A stretch of DNA of 59,274 bases, counting the filler, from Sphacelaria rigidula (lineage: Eukaryota), in assembly GCA_964200075.2 (NCBI GenBank). It is 10 parts of 10 records of this genome, joined end to end, with 100 filler letters (N's around TTAATTAATTAA, not from the genome) between each part and the next. Parts side by side here need not be neighbours in the genome. Positions count along the whole stretch, not along the records: positions 17,815 to 23,652 come from CAXNAA020024071.1; positions 23,753 to 29,589 come from CAXNAA020024072.1; positions 29,690 to 35,526 come from CAXNAA020024073.1; positions 35,627 to 41,463 come from CAXNAA020024074.1; 6 more parts are not named here. One strand, 5' to 3'. Below, piece by piece: positions 23,629 through 35,989 of this stretch (the first letter of the stretch is position 1; each line of letters opens with the position of its first letter). The notes under the pieces were generated by a model. That model was not told the DNA's origin, made no database searches, and saw only the letters and a list, made by a program, of their open reading frames with translations. The position numbers were made by a program, and so were the translations under genes.

Positions 23629-26600
23629 GGGTGCGCCCTGGGGCCGCAGTCCNNNNNNNNNNNNNNNNNNNNNNNNNNNNNNNNNNNNNNNNNNNNTTAA
23701 TTAATTAANNNNNNNNNNNNNNNNNNNNNNNNNNNNNNNNNNNNNNNNNNNNTAGGGATGCGAGGTCGATGGTCTAATGACTATGGTATGCATGATCATG
23801 AGTACACCCCCCTCCCCCATCGCTAAGAAAGAGGTTTTCAGGAATCGGGGGCAGTGTATAACGTATTCCAATCTGTAAGGTCCCTTGTGTCATGAAGAAT
23901 GAAGGGGAAAGGGGCCGCAAAAAAGCAGTAGGTTTGGCAGATTTGCAACCACGTGCCACGCATAACTTACACCCGCTTTACCCTCTTCCCCCTCTCGTTT
24001 TACCCCAGTGTGGAATCGCGGCTGGCGCTCTCGCTGTGGACTTGCCGTCAGCACAATATCGTCAACGAAAAACTAGGAAAACCGACCTTCGAGTGCACCT
24101 TGCCGAATCTGGACGAGCGATGGAAGACCGGCAAAAAGTCTTGCTGGGAGGGCTTGAATAGTACTGGCAGTGCTGGCGACGATCAAGGTGGCGAGGGGGC
24201 ATCATAGGGAGCATAAAAACGCGTGCTTTGCTGTTGGTTCTGGATTTGTTGTTCGCCGTCCAAGGGATCTCGTATGTAGGGTAAAATATCTGCCCTTTCG
24301 TCCCGCATCCAAAAGGTGTCAAGACACTCGGTGTTTCGATTTCATAATTACTGTGGTGTGTTTTCCCGGTCTCTTTTCGTCAGGATATTCTCAACGATGG
24401 GAAATCAGAGTCATTTTCTCGATTTTTGCAGTTTTCCATCTGTATTTCCTACATGTTTTTGTTGTGATTTTCGGAAAGTGACTGTATTCGATCTCTTCCC
24501 ATTGCGATGTTTGCTTCATCTTCCGTATTCGGAAAGTGGGCACCCCCCCCAAAAATTTTGGTCGCGTTTTTTTCGTGCTGTTTGGGCTACTTCTCATGTT
24601 GTTTTGACGTCTCTCTTCTTATTTTCATTTTGGTAATATTCGAGTTAATTGCGTTTGTCCATGCAATTAGGCTGGAGTCTCTGAAAACATGATGGGGGAA
24701 TCTATGTCTTGTAAGGAATAGCACGGACGGTATTGGAAAGACGAGTCCACGTCTGTGATCATGGGTTCGGCAGATCGGACTAATGTGCGGGAATAATAAT
24801 AGTAAATAATAATAATGGGCACGCTTTTTCTCGAACTGCATGCAGCACGTGTGTACCACCTGTTGATGTGGCGTTGCGGCTTGTGTAGCTGGCTTGACAT
24901 CGTGTGATGATCAGTCAGTGTTATACTTTGAAATATACTGAGCCTAACATCGTTCAGCGTGGAAATTTTGGGCGGGAATGAGAAAATATCCTCGTTGTTG
25001 AGGGCGCTGTTACTGTGCTCCCTCAGCTGTCCGTGGCTTGACACGATGTAGCTCCGTAGCAAGATTCTTCTCTTCCAGTGAGGAATAAATCGGCATGTCT
25101 GCACAGATTGCTAGTCCCTCCTAAAACAAGTGTCGCCGGGGCGAACAGCTCGAGTAACGAACGGGGGATTCCGGGAAATGGGAACCATTTTGTTCATGGG
25201 CACGAATTTCTTCCGATGGTGTTCGGAATTGTTGGAAATGGTCCCGCACGATGGCGCCTTCGAGAGGTACTTTTTTCGTTTGTTTTCGCGGCTTTTCGGC
25301 CCCGGATCTCAAAATTCGTGTGACACCCATGTTATGGGTACAGGCTTTTCGAAATTTTGAGTGAAAAAATCTTTGGCCAAGATTCCGGGTCCGAGCCCCA
25401 CAGATTTCTGGGCAAACTGGCGGTGGTCGGCAAGCGCAGATTTTTGCACACCGTTTTTTGCGTTCTGGCCGGCGGGCCGTCATGATGGGGTCACGCCGCG
25501 TTTCTCTTGGATGTACCGGCGTGCTGGCTGCGCATTTTGTGAGTGATCCTGTCGACAAAAACCAAGAACACACGAAGCAACCACACGCCGCAGCCGATGC
25601 GTCATGGAGCCAGCTTCGCGCGTACGAGACAAAAAACGACACGTCTTGTTTGTCAATCTCCTGTCCAAAGCATTGCAAAGACGTGGAGAGAGTAGACATG
25701 TGATGCACACTGTCGCTGTCTGGCTGGTGGTTCTGCGATTCTTCGATGAAGAGGTTTCAACTTTGGCAGCAACGAGGGGGGCATGCTTGCTTCCTCAATA
25801 TGAACTCGAAATACCCGGCACTGGTGTGGTAGGGTGTTGATTTCTCTGCGGCAGTAACGCTACATCACTACAGCACGCCACAGCACACGGGACACCTGTG
25901 GGACTGTGAGCTGTTGCAACACGGCTAGAGATGAAGCTCGAAACCGTGGTGCAGATTTACAAAGCAGAGCAGTATGGTATGAAAATATGTGTGCTGCCAT
26001 AATATCGTCCCCGAGACCAAAATTGGCTGCGGATTTGTTTCACCGGAGCTCAAATCTGTGGGCCCAAGATCTGTTGCCATAGCATACGGCCTCAGCAGGG
26101 ACTTAATATCGCTCAAGCAAGGCACCCTGGAGGGAACTGTAGTCTGAACCACCTTTCGGGAGGGAATGCAGTAGCGTCAAATTCACATTCCACGCGTGGA
26201 ATGTCTCAATTCACCTCATGTCGGGTTGACCCTTGCTCGTATGAATCGGCACTGACTGTTCTTATCGGCTAGGTTGTATGATTCTTCTCAACGGGGCCCG
26301 TTTCCACTGGGTGGAGTTCCACGGTTCAATTTTGCTGTGCATCTTTCGCTGAAGAAATTATTTCAAGCTCCGGTATGTGGGAGAACAAGCATCTTCTTCA
26401 TCCCAAGAATCATCTCCCATTGATCAGTTAACTCTCATATGCTCAAGTCGGCTTGGTGTGCGATTTTCGCAGCAAAAAATGTTACGTGGCATGAAGTTCA
26501 TCATTCGTTCTCATTCCGACGTGCCAGTCCATGACGCCCGATACACTTGCTGGTGTTACCCTAGGGTCCTTGATATCACCGAGTTGGATAATGACGTAGC

Positions 26601-26631
26601 TGTACCCACAAGCCAGTGATCGGCAAAAAAC

Positions 26632-27198
26632 AGTACACACATGAAAAAACGACCCCAGAGAGACTAAATGACCAAAGCCACTGTTCAAGACGGAGCACCG
26701 TTCCTACTCCCAATAGAGACACCTCCAACATTCCGGCGCTCATTATGTTCCTTCTGCAACTCATCACCTTCCATACACTACACAAACCCCCCTCACATAT
26801 CTCATCCCCGTCCTGTTTCGCCGTCCGTTGCCACCATCTATCCCCTAGTATAGCTATCGTTTTTTCCCTGCTGTCTAGTGCATCAGACGATTTCATGCCA
26901 CCGTTGTTCACGCCCCCAATTTTCTTCTCTAGCACGTCCCGTTCCTCCTTGTGTAGCTCGCATTTTCACTACATGACTTCTGCTCTCCATTGCTTTGCCA
27001 CAGGGGCAATTCTGTCGATCTACTTCCTCCACACGATGATTGCTGTATTTTCTTCTTCCTGGCAGGTCTGCGTCCCCCACCCGAAATCGCAATTCCAGAT
27101 TTTTCGAAGCGTCCTTTGGGCCATGCAGATATACTTCCATCCCCATCCCCTCTCTCAACCACCCGTATATTTCCAGATGTTCTTCCTCGTCTACTTTG
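26632..27198 (-). mobile_element. 3' fragment of the same LINE family
   Basis: Colinear with about 32015-32570, e.g. LRFRVGDADLPGRRK...CPCGKAMESRSHVV and the shared string GACGGAGCACCGTTCCTACTCCCAATAGAGAC. Confidence 0.85.
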
Positions 27199-30100
27199 AG
27201 GCAGCCTCAGCCCACCTTTGTCCTGATATGTTCTCACGAACAGAGGCTCAAGCCGTGTGTGCGAGATTGCGATGCACAGCTGCGTATAGTAATGACTCGA
27301 CCCAGATCCAAATCAAATAAATAATCCGAACCACAGTAGTAGCAGTTCAAATCAGGATGTTCACAGGAATAGATCATCTCCTTGTAGTGTACAATACGAA
27401 CCAGAGCCAGTAGTTTCCTCACGACTACAAAGCCTGCCCTATCGTACTTTTCTCCCACCCTCATCCAGACGAGCATGAAGGTTCCGTTGAGTCGAAAACG
27501 TTCACTTGAAAAGGAAGTGTTGGACTACATTGACCCACGGCCAGTCGACCGGAAGAAGTGAATCGATGGATTTTTGTTGACATTGAGTTAAATTCCTTCC
27601 GGCAAACGACCAAGCGAATGAGAAAATGTGTTGGCTCATGATATTTCAAGAGTGAGAAGACCAATCGTTTGGTACATGGTGCCGTCCATTCCGAGAAGAA
27701 TGATCATCACAAAGAGACACGAGGTTGGCCAGCGGCGACCTACACCATGTTCGACCACAAGTGAGCAACCGCTTGCAGATGGGCTGGCTCATGAGCTGTC
27801 CCACATGTGCAACACTCATACAACGTTCTCGTGGGATTCGAGAGCAGCTTCATTTGATACTGCGTTGATGCAAAATCGATGACGCCCCTCGTCCGTCGAC
27901 AATGCATGTCTCGGCGATACACGGTTGTCCTGGGCCAAGGCTCACGGTGAATAATCGAAGCACGATGGCAATCAAGTGTGCAACAAAACAACGCCGTACA
28001 TGTCCTGTACGCTTCACGGTTTCCCAGTCCTCATCCTCGACCATTATTTTGTACGTCTCCTCCGACAGCAACGAGGCTCCCGGGGTACCGTCAGTACAGA
28101 ACGCTACGCGCAGCAGGACACGGGACTGAACCCCTGGTGAAAGTGCAAGGAAAAAGAGGCACGATGAGTGGCGAGCGGGGTCCATGATCAGTTCGTGTAT
28201 ACCATCAAGGCAGTGCGTCGTGTGGTGACAGTCTACACGCAGCGGACTGTGTGCACGTCTGGACGTATGTGGCCCCAGTAACTCATGACATCATGACGCT
28301 GAACAGGCGGACAAGACAACGGGACAAAACACCGTAGGCCTCATGAAATTCGGTGCACCGGCCTGCTCAAGAAACTCATACGGAGTCAAAGAGAAGTAAT
28401 TCCTCAACCCGAAGATGAGCCCACATCACTGAAATCAGCATGTTACACGGGGAGTACGTACGAAAAACTATTTTCAAATCAAGTCGAGTCCATGAGGGAT
28501 GAGCCACGGAAGTGCCAAGGATATTACGATGAGGCTCGTCGAAAATAGTTCGTTGAAAGTATACAGTGGTGGAAAGAACCCGAAATTTTAGAGTGAAATT
28601 AATCGACCTACAATCTCAGAATCCTTGGGTCAGACATTGCCAAGTTTCAACGAAATTCCATCCGCCCTGTACATTTTGACGGAATTTGGCTAGTTTCAGC
28701 TCGAGGCTGGAGACGTTTTGAACGGGATAAGGAAAGCAGGGAAGTGTTGTGGTGGCAGCGAACTGAAGATGGCGAGATTCGGTACTTTGGAACGAGGGCG
28801 ACAAGAAGGTCCTCCGGCGATGACGAGTCGGGCTGTTTATAATCCAGGGTATCTGTCATATCTCATCGGGGATAACCGAGGAGTCATGAAGGGGAATCCA
28901 TCAAAATCGTCATCCTCGTCGCCGCCGGAATGCACCCACTCCTTGTTGCAATATGGCGGTGTGTGATACCAAAATTGTGAGCGGTGGGGGACATCACGGA
29001 CTCATCAGGAGCTCAGTTTGAAAACTAGCTGTCTACATCGGCCTTTCCAACTTTTTGCAGGAGGCCTAATAGTGAGCTGGGTAGTTATGTCATCATTGCT
29101 CCCGATTGTCGTTCCTCCAATGCTGCGTTCGAGACGGAGTTCATCACGGGTTATCGAACAAGGACAAGGGCGGACTCACTTCAGACTCCAGTGGTACTGA
29201 CGCAGTGCAGCGTCACGCGGGCCCCGTTGACCCGTTTTTTGCTCTTCGGCATCTCTCGGAGCACTGCCTCGATACGCTTGCTCATGGTCGGTCCATCTCC
29301 TGAATCAGCACTGTTTCCCCATCAACCGTTGTCGGGTCGCCTGTGCCCCATCGACTTTCCCCATCGACTTTTGTCGGGTCGCCTGTGAAAAATAGGCGCG
29401 GCGTACATCGCGTTCATTTCAGGCAAGATCAGTTCCGACCATCCCGTTACTATCCGGTCAGAACTGCTCAGTGATTTTGGGATCAGATTCAGGGGGGGGG
29501 GGGGGGGGGGGGGGCGTCTCAGAAGTGAAATTTCCCGCCGAATAATTATGCTCGCCAGTCCGTTGGGAAATCGGGGGCGCGCAAACTCANNNNNNNNNNN
29601 NNNNNNNNNNNNNNNNNNNNNNNNNNNNNNNNNTTAATTAATTAANNNNNNNNNNNNNNNNNNNNNNNNNNNNNNNNNNNNNNNNNNNNTATTGGGGTGT
29701 GGTGCTATGTTTTTGGTGGTGGGGGGGGGGGGTGGGGGGGGGGGAGGGGGGGGGGGGGGGGGGGGGGGGTGATTTCACGAAAAACAGAGGATGACAGATG
29801 TGCCAGAAGACCTAACTGCCCGCGGTGCGTTTGTATTTGGGTAAATGGCGTCAAATGGTATATATGAGTACGCCGTAACGTTCCACGGTACGGACGAATC
29901 ATCGCCGGTTCGAATCACCAAATCCACGACTTTTCAGGCCCGGTTGCTCGAAAAAGAGAAAAACGTTGACCGCGGTTCGAAAAGGTTTCGGCACAATTTT
30001 TGCGCCATTCCACACGCCTGGGCTGCGCGTGCCTAAGGATTGATTCGTACGGCACGAATCAGTTACACTGAAATCAAGTAATTCTAAACGAATCATTGAT

Positions 30101-30560
30101 TCGTTCGACCCTTAAAACAATCGAATTCGAACAAAACGTTGCCGCTTTCAACGACGATCTGAGGTGGAATTTTTTGGCAAGAAATTACCCAAAATACCCC
30201 CTCTCCCCCCCTATCGTAGAAACCCCCTTACCCACAAAAAAAAATACTTGCATGTTCAGACTCGTCTGTAAATATTGCTCGAACGCTCTTTCAGCCCCGG
30301 TGTTATTGGCAACTGCACATGACGCCAACACGTTTTGAGCACCTCTAGTCACTGCCGTCCATTCTCGCATTGCGTTGCACGTTCTTGCCGAAACTTGCGC
30401 AGGATTTCAAGGGGCAGCTGCTGGCGGAAAATCTCTACTTTTACATCGTCATGTTGTTCGGGGTGAGTTTGTTCTCGAGAGTGCGTCGGCGTTACGGCGG
30501 TGTGCTCGTCGACGACCTTTGTCAATTCACCGTTTGACAGCGAAATACATATATATTTTG

Positions 30561-30765
30561 CAAGGGCGGATCGAGTATAGTATACTCAAATGCGGGGTAT
30601 TTTTAAAGACGTACTTGAGGTACTCAAGTTAGGGTAGAGTGTTAGGAGTCGTACCAAAAAAATAGCTGGGGAGCGATTCCCGAAACCCTTCATCCTATCT
30701 GTGTACTCCAAGTACGAATTTCAAAATACCCCGCAATTGAGTATACTCTACTCGACCTACCCTTG
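30561..30765. mobile_element. 205-bp MITE, P-element-like
   Basis: CAAGGG...CCCTTG ends with imperfect inverted arms of about 55 bp (TCGAGTA.AGTATACTCAA.TGCGGGGTATTTT). Exact 7-bp TSD TATTTTG at 30554-30560 and 30766-30772. Confidence 0.8.
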
Positions 30766-32004
30766 TATTTTGTGGATCTTCAGTAGTAGTTGGAATTGTT
30801 GACCAGGTTGCGTTAACTGTACTGCTGCGCTCACTTTTTTCGTCTACAACAGACTCAAATCTTGCAAGGATCGTCGGACGAATAATCGCTTATTCGAATC
30901 GCCAAATCTACGATTTCTGAGGCCTTGTAGCTCAAAAGATGAGAAAATAAAATTGACGGCGGGTCAGCAAAGTCTCGACGCAATTTTTGGGCTGTTCCAC
31001 GTGTCTGAGGTGCGCGTACGTGGGGTGCAACACTGAAGACAAATCCTAGGGGTGGATTGATTCGTTCGGTACGAATCAATTACACTAATGGCAAATGATT
31101 TCTGTCATACGAATCATTATTCGTCAGACCGTAGAAACCTTGGTCTTTCGAAGGTAACTTTCATCAGCATCATCATCTTGAAAAGTGAAAGGTATTCATT
31201 CTCGATTGAGAAAGTAGATTTTGGATTGAAAAAAGTTCCCTGTCACGCATGGTGTTTCTCTCTCCCGACCCTCCCACGGTCACCTACCTCCTAATGACAT
31301 GGATCCCGTCTACCTTACAACCGCTTGTCCGCGAAGCAGATCCGTTGAATTGATCCCAGACCTGCCACCGCACCACGTTGTGTATTCATTATTTTTGCAT
31401 GAGGTTTTTGCTTGTTAGAACAGTGGGGATCCAAACCCCCTCGCGCCCGAAGAGATCTAGTGTTAACGTGTATGTACGGGCAATGGTTTCGTTTTGTGCC
31501 GCCTTTTTTTTTCTCCTTTTTTTCCTGCACAATGACGACAGGCTGTGGGGTGGGTGGTGGGCTTCATCATGGGCGACTTCACGTTCACGCTAATGGGATG
31601 GGCCGTTGGTGTCGTGATTTCGATCATTGTGAGTCCAAATACGTAGGCACGTATTCATGCACGTATGCACGTATGCATGTATGTATGACTATTTTTGTCT
31701 TTCGTAACTATTGCCGCGCCCCGGTGGTTCAATGGTTGGACTGTCACCATTACGATACGTGGGTTCGATTTCCGATCCGTGTTTTTTTTTGTTTGCTTTT
31801 ACTTCGGAGTATATGATTTCCACCGTCGAAAGCGTGACTACGTTAGGAAACAAAAAAGTAGTTGGCCAAGTTTGTGCATTTGATGAGGGTCGGCGTGGTG
31901 CGGGAGTGCTGACCCAATCTGCGAGACCAAAATGCAAGACGTGTACTGGGGAGAGATGAGTCGATCCCGTGAGAGCAGGTGACTCGTCCCGAGGAAGGGT
32001 GGAT

Positions 32005-33905
32005 GGGGGGGGGCGTACTCATTTGTTGCTTGCCTTAGTCGTTCGACCATTGAACACGCACCCCTTTCGAGACGGAGCACCGTTCCTACTCCCAATAGAG
32101 ACGCCTTCAACATTCCGGCGCTCATGACGTTTCTTCCATACATTACACAAAAACTTTTACATATCTTATCCCCGTCCTGTTTCGCCGTCTGTGGCTACTG
32201 TCTATCTCCTAGTATAGCCCTTGTTTTCTCCCTACTGTCTGATACATCAAACGATTTCATGCCATCTTCGTTCACGTCCCGCATTTCCCCCTCTAGCACG
32301 TTCCGTTCCTCCTGTGTAGTTCACATTCTGCCACTATATATATGACTTCGCTCTCTATTGCTTTGCCACAGGGGCAAGTCTGTCCCTCTGCTTCCTCTTT
32401 CTTCCGACGACTGGTATATCTCTTTCTTCTTTCCGGCAGGTCCAGGTCCCCCACCCGAAATCGCAGTTGAAGGTTTTTCGCCGCGTTCATTGGGCCATGC
32501 AAATATGCTTTCATCCCTATCCCCTCTCTCAACCCCTCGTATATCTTCAGATGTTCTTCCTTGTCTATTTTCTGTCTGAGCGCTCGTTTTACCCTTATTT
32601 CTATCACGTCTTTTACTTTTGCCTTGTACCCCGCGCCTTAATCTATAGATGACATTTCGTCTTGATTTCCTCCCATCTCCTTCCATATTTTCTTGACTCT
32701 TCTATCCCACCCTACTCCAGCCTTCCCTTTCGTACTTTTATTTCATATAGCCGTATCAACTACAACTGGCAGTCTCTTTCTCTGCATGTTCTTTACGCTA
32801 TATTGCCATCGCAATATTCTCATGTCTCTCTTTATTTTAAGAGATAACATGTCCAACTCTGCTCTCAATACTGCATTACTCGTCGTTTTCGAGCATCCAA
32901 GTATCTTCTTAGCTGCTGCCATCTGTACTGTTTCCAACTTTGACACCAACTTCACGTTCCCGTCCCATACTTCTCCTGCATATTCCAGCTTTGGTACGAT
33001 CACGTTCACAGGACGCATCTCTCCATCCTAGTGTCTAGATGCGGCTCTCTGAGGATCATGTCCATCCTGCTTATCTGTTCCTTACCCTTTCCTATTACTT
33101 TGTTCATGTGTTCATCCCAAAAACAGTTTTTTGAGATCTTTACGCCAAGATATGTATACTGGTGTACGGTCGGCAGTTCCTCTTCTCTCAACTTCCATTT
33201 TAACTTTACCGGATTTCTCTTATCTTCGTTACAGCCAAATACCGCGCATTTATTGACGTTCGCTGTCACTCTCCATTCCCTAGTGTACTCTAGCGCATAG
33301 TCTATCTGTTTCTGTAATCCATCTGGTGGTTCTGAAATCCCCACAAAATCGTCCGCAAACATCAATCCTGATGACATATCTTCACCCACCTTGACTCCTT
33401 GCTTTGCTGCTTGTATTGCTATCATCAAGTCATCAATAAATACCTTGAATCGAGTGGGTGATAACGTACATCCTTGTGCAACTCCCTGTAATATATTTCG
33501 ATATTTCGATATTTCCCCGTCTAGTATCGTATCACTTTTGGCACATTTTGTCATCTTCGTCACCATTCTCCACATCTTTCCTCTGATCCCAGCTTCCCAC
33601 TACTTTTTCCACAACCCAGTTCTCCATACTGTGTCTTGTGCTCATCCAGAAAGAAACACTATGCGTATTGTTGTTAACCCGGTGTCTTTCCTACCCTGAG
33701 TAATATTACTTACTGTCTACACATGGTCTACGCAACTACGGTTTGATATAAATCCTGCTTGTCCCTCGCTGATGTTATCTTCCTTTTCTAGCAGCGTTCC
33801 TACTCTGTCGTTCAAAATCTTACAGAATGTTCCCCCTACCGTGCTTAGCAGCGTTGCCCCTCTAGAAGTTCCTGGGTCAGCCCTGTCCCTTTTTTGAAAA
33901 TATTG
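32005..33905 (-). mobile_element. 5'-truncated, decayed non-LTR retrotransposon (LINE) ORF2: reverse transcriptase plus C-terminal Cys motif
   Basis: RT motifs in order across frameshifts and stops: DPGTSRGATLLSTVGGTFCKILNDR, EGQAGFISNRSCVDHV, GVAQGCTLSPTRF, MFADDFVG, YTYLGVKIS, PKLEYAGEVW, then LRFRVGDLDLPERR...CPCGKAIES. Stop at 32021-32019. Confidence 0.9.
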
Positions 33906-34394
33906 ACGACTCTTCCTTCTCTCCACCCCTGGGGTGTGTACTCGATTTCCCACTCCCGAGAAAGGGGAGGGGTTCACAGTGCGTCAAAAAAAACAAAACT
34001 AGTTTTTTGAAGTTCAAAGTGTGGCGAAAATAAAACTAGTTTTTTCAAGGTGGTGCGTTTATTTCGGCTGGACCCAGCAAGGAACCCTTTCCTCCCCCCA
34101 GAAAAAAATATTATACGGGACAAATGTCATGACCCACAGCGTAAAGTGTCCCAGGAGTGGGGTTTCCGGTTGCCTTGTATGCATTACGGCGTGCGTCGCA
34201 CGCACTCTTCGGCCATCCATATACTGCTTTTGAACACTGTTGAATGACACGCAATGGCTGTACGGGTGGCGGCTGTCAGGTGGATTCGTTGGGAACATTT
34301 TTGTCAATAAAAACACGTACGTTTTGTAGCGTCGCCGTGATTTTGTTGAGTGAAGCTTGCATCAAAGGCAGCATTGCGTGGACAGATTGCCGTT

Positions 34395-34720
34395 GGGTTT
34401 TTACGGTGGTGCAAATACCAGCAGGGTCGAAGGTGATTGATGTTCTGGCGTTTTTGGCCTGATCACGTTGCCCTCAACAGGCAAAACACACACGTGCCCC
34501 CTCGGAAGTGCTCCCTGAGGCGACTCGAGTTCGTCCTTTTCAGTTTTCAGATCAAGAAGTTATATGCATTACCCGATTCTCAGCGTATAGATTGCGCAAA
34601 TCAGTCGAACCCAATTCAAGTAAGCATACTGCAGCCTTCGAGAATATCGGTGTGATCCCCTCTGTTGTGCATGCGGCAAGCCGGTAATATTTATATGTGG
34701 TGCAGCTTTGCCGCTGCATG
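34395..34720 (-). pseudogene. Possible remnant of a piggyBac-like transposase C-terminus
   Basis: Across frames: YKYYRLAAC..., then SRLREHFRGGTCVFC...RPCWYLHH, resembling a partly deleted Cys-rich domain. It lies near TTAA-targeting elements. Confidence 0.3.
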
Positions 34721-35042
34721 TGTGCAGCGAGGGTATGCCTTCTAAAAAAATCTTGGGTCGACCGAAAAAAAAAATGCGGCGATTCAAAGGAAACCCGATC
34801 TGAAACAGTTGGGTCATCCCTGTTCGCCGTTATTGTACAGTAGCGCATTTTTGTTGTTGGAGAGTATTTGCGCTTGTCACCGGAAGGATCGGAAACAACA
34901 GGGTTAGCTTTTGCTGCAGTGAGGATGCGCCGTGTAGAGATGGCACGCGCCAGTCGGAAAATATCACACGTCGGACAGCTCATAAGCCACCTACTTCCTC
35001 TGTCCCATAAGTGAAGGTACCTAAATTTGTGCGGGCCCTTAA

Positions 35043-35472
35043 CGATGTCGGATCGTTTTTTTTTCCTCAATGAACTCTGTGATGTTTTTTGGGGTGAAAA
35101 CATGTGTTTGAAATTTGCAGCTCGTGCTTGAACCATGCCGCCGAACGGCTGCAAAAAATGTAGTCGGCCTCAAAATGGCCGATTTTTGCCCCTTTCCGAG
35201 GGGGAAAAAAGTGTCGTTTCATTTTCATTTTTATTTTCTTTCAATCGCGTGGGACTTCCTGGTAGCAAGCCCGAGTGAAGGCGGGGGCGATTAAAATATA
35301 TTTCATTTTTTTTTCCGACACTTTTTTTCCCCTCGGAAAGGGGCAAAAAACGGCCATTTTCGGGCCGACTCCTTATTTTATGGTTCAAGCACGAGCCGCA
35401 AATTTTAAACATATTTTCTCAACCCAAAGACACCGTAGAGTTCATTGAAGAAATAAAAACGATCGGACATCG
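35043..35472. mobile_element. 430-bp TTAA-flanked MITE with long inverted arms (piggyBac/Kolobok-type target)
   Basis: TTAA|CGATGTCGGATCGTTTT...AAAACGATCGGACATCG|TTAA. The arms pair for about 175 bp. Confidence 0.75.
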
Positions 35473-35989
35473 TTAACCCTTTTGGGACCGGGCCTCCAGA
35501 ACGACCAATGAGGCTGGTCAGGAATGNNNNNNNNNNNNNNNNNNNNNNNNNNNNNNNNNNNNNNNNNNNNTTAATTAATTAANNNNNNNNNNNNNNNNNN
35601 NNNNNNNNNNNNNNNNNNNNNNNNNNCTGCAAAAGAGAAATGCCACTTCAACCCCATATTTTGTATCAACCCCATGTTTTAGGATTCACTGTTAGATGCC
35701 CTCCAAAGGATTCGTTTCATGCCCGGAACCGAGTATGAAATATCCCTATCGCAATTTTTATCCTCCCGAAGGTCTCTTCACCCTCGAGAGGATGAAAATT
35801 GCAATAGGGGATTTCAAGGGGACAGCCGAATGGCCGCATATGTATCCTTCCCCACTCCTTGCTCGCAATCTATTTTAGCGTGATTCGAGAGTGCTCTCCC
35901 TCCCTTTCTACTTTTCCTATTGCCAAACAGTGTAGTCCTACTCCACCGCACCCCCTCTTGCACTCCATTCTCGTCATATCGTTTCAGAC

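Noticed and set aside
26616..27320. Long ORFs such as 26616-27320 (+), 22932-23375 (-), 40885-41511 (+), 3150-3848 (-) and 4900-5529 (+) as genes
   Set aside because: They are antisense or off-frame shadows of the LINE, the gag-like ORF or real exons.
29886..31142. Invertible body between asymmetric ends in the CGGACGAAT MITE family
   Set aside because: The outer ends appear swapped between copies, but four degenerate copies without clear TSDs cannot support the claim.
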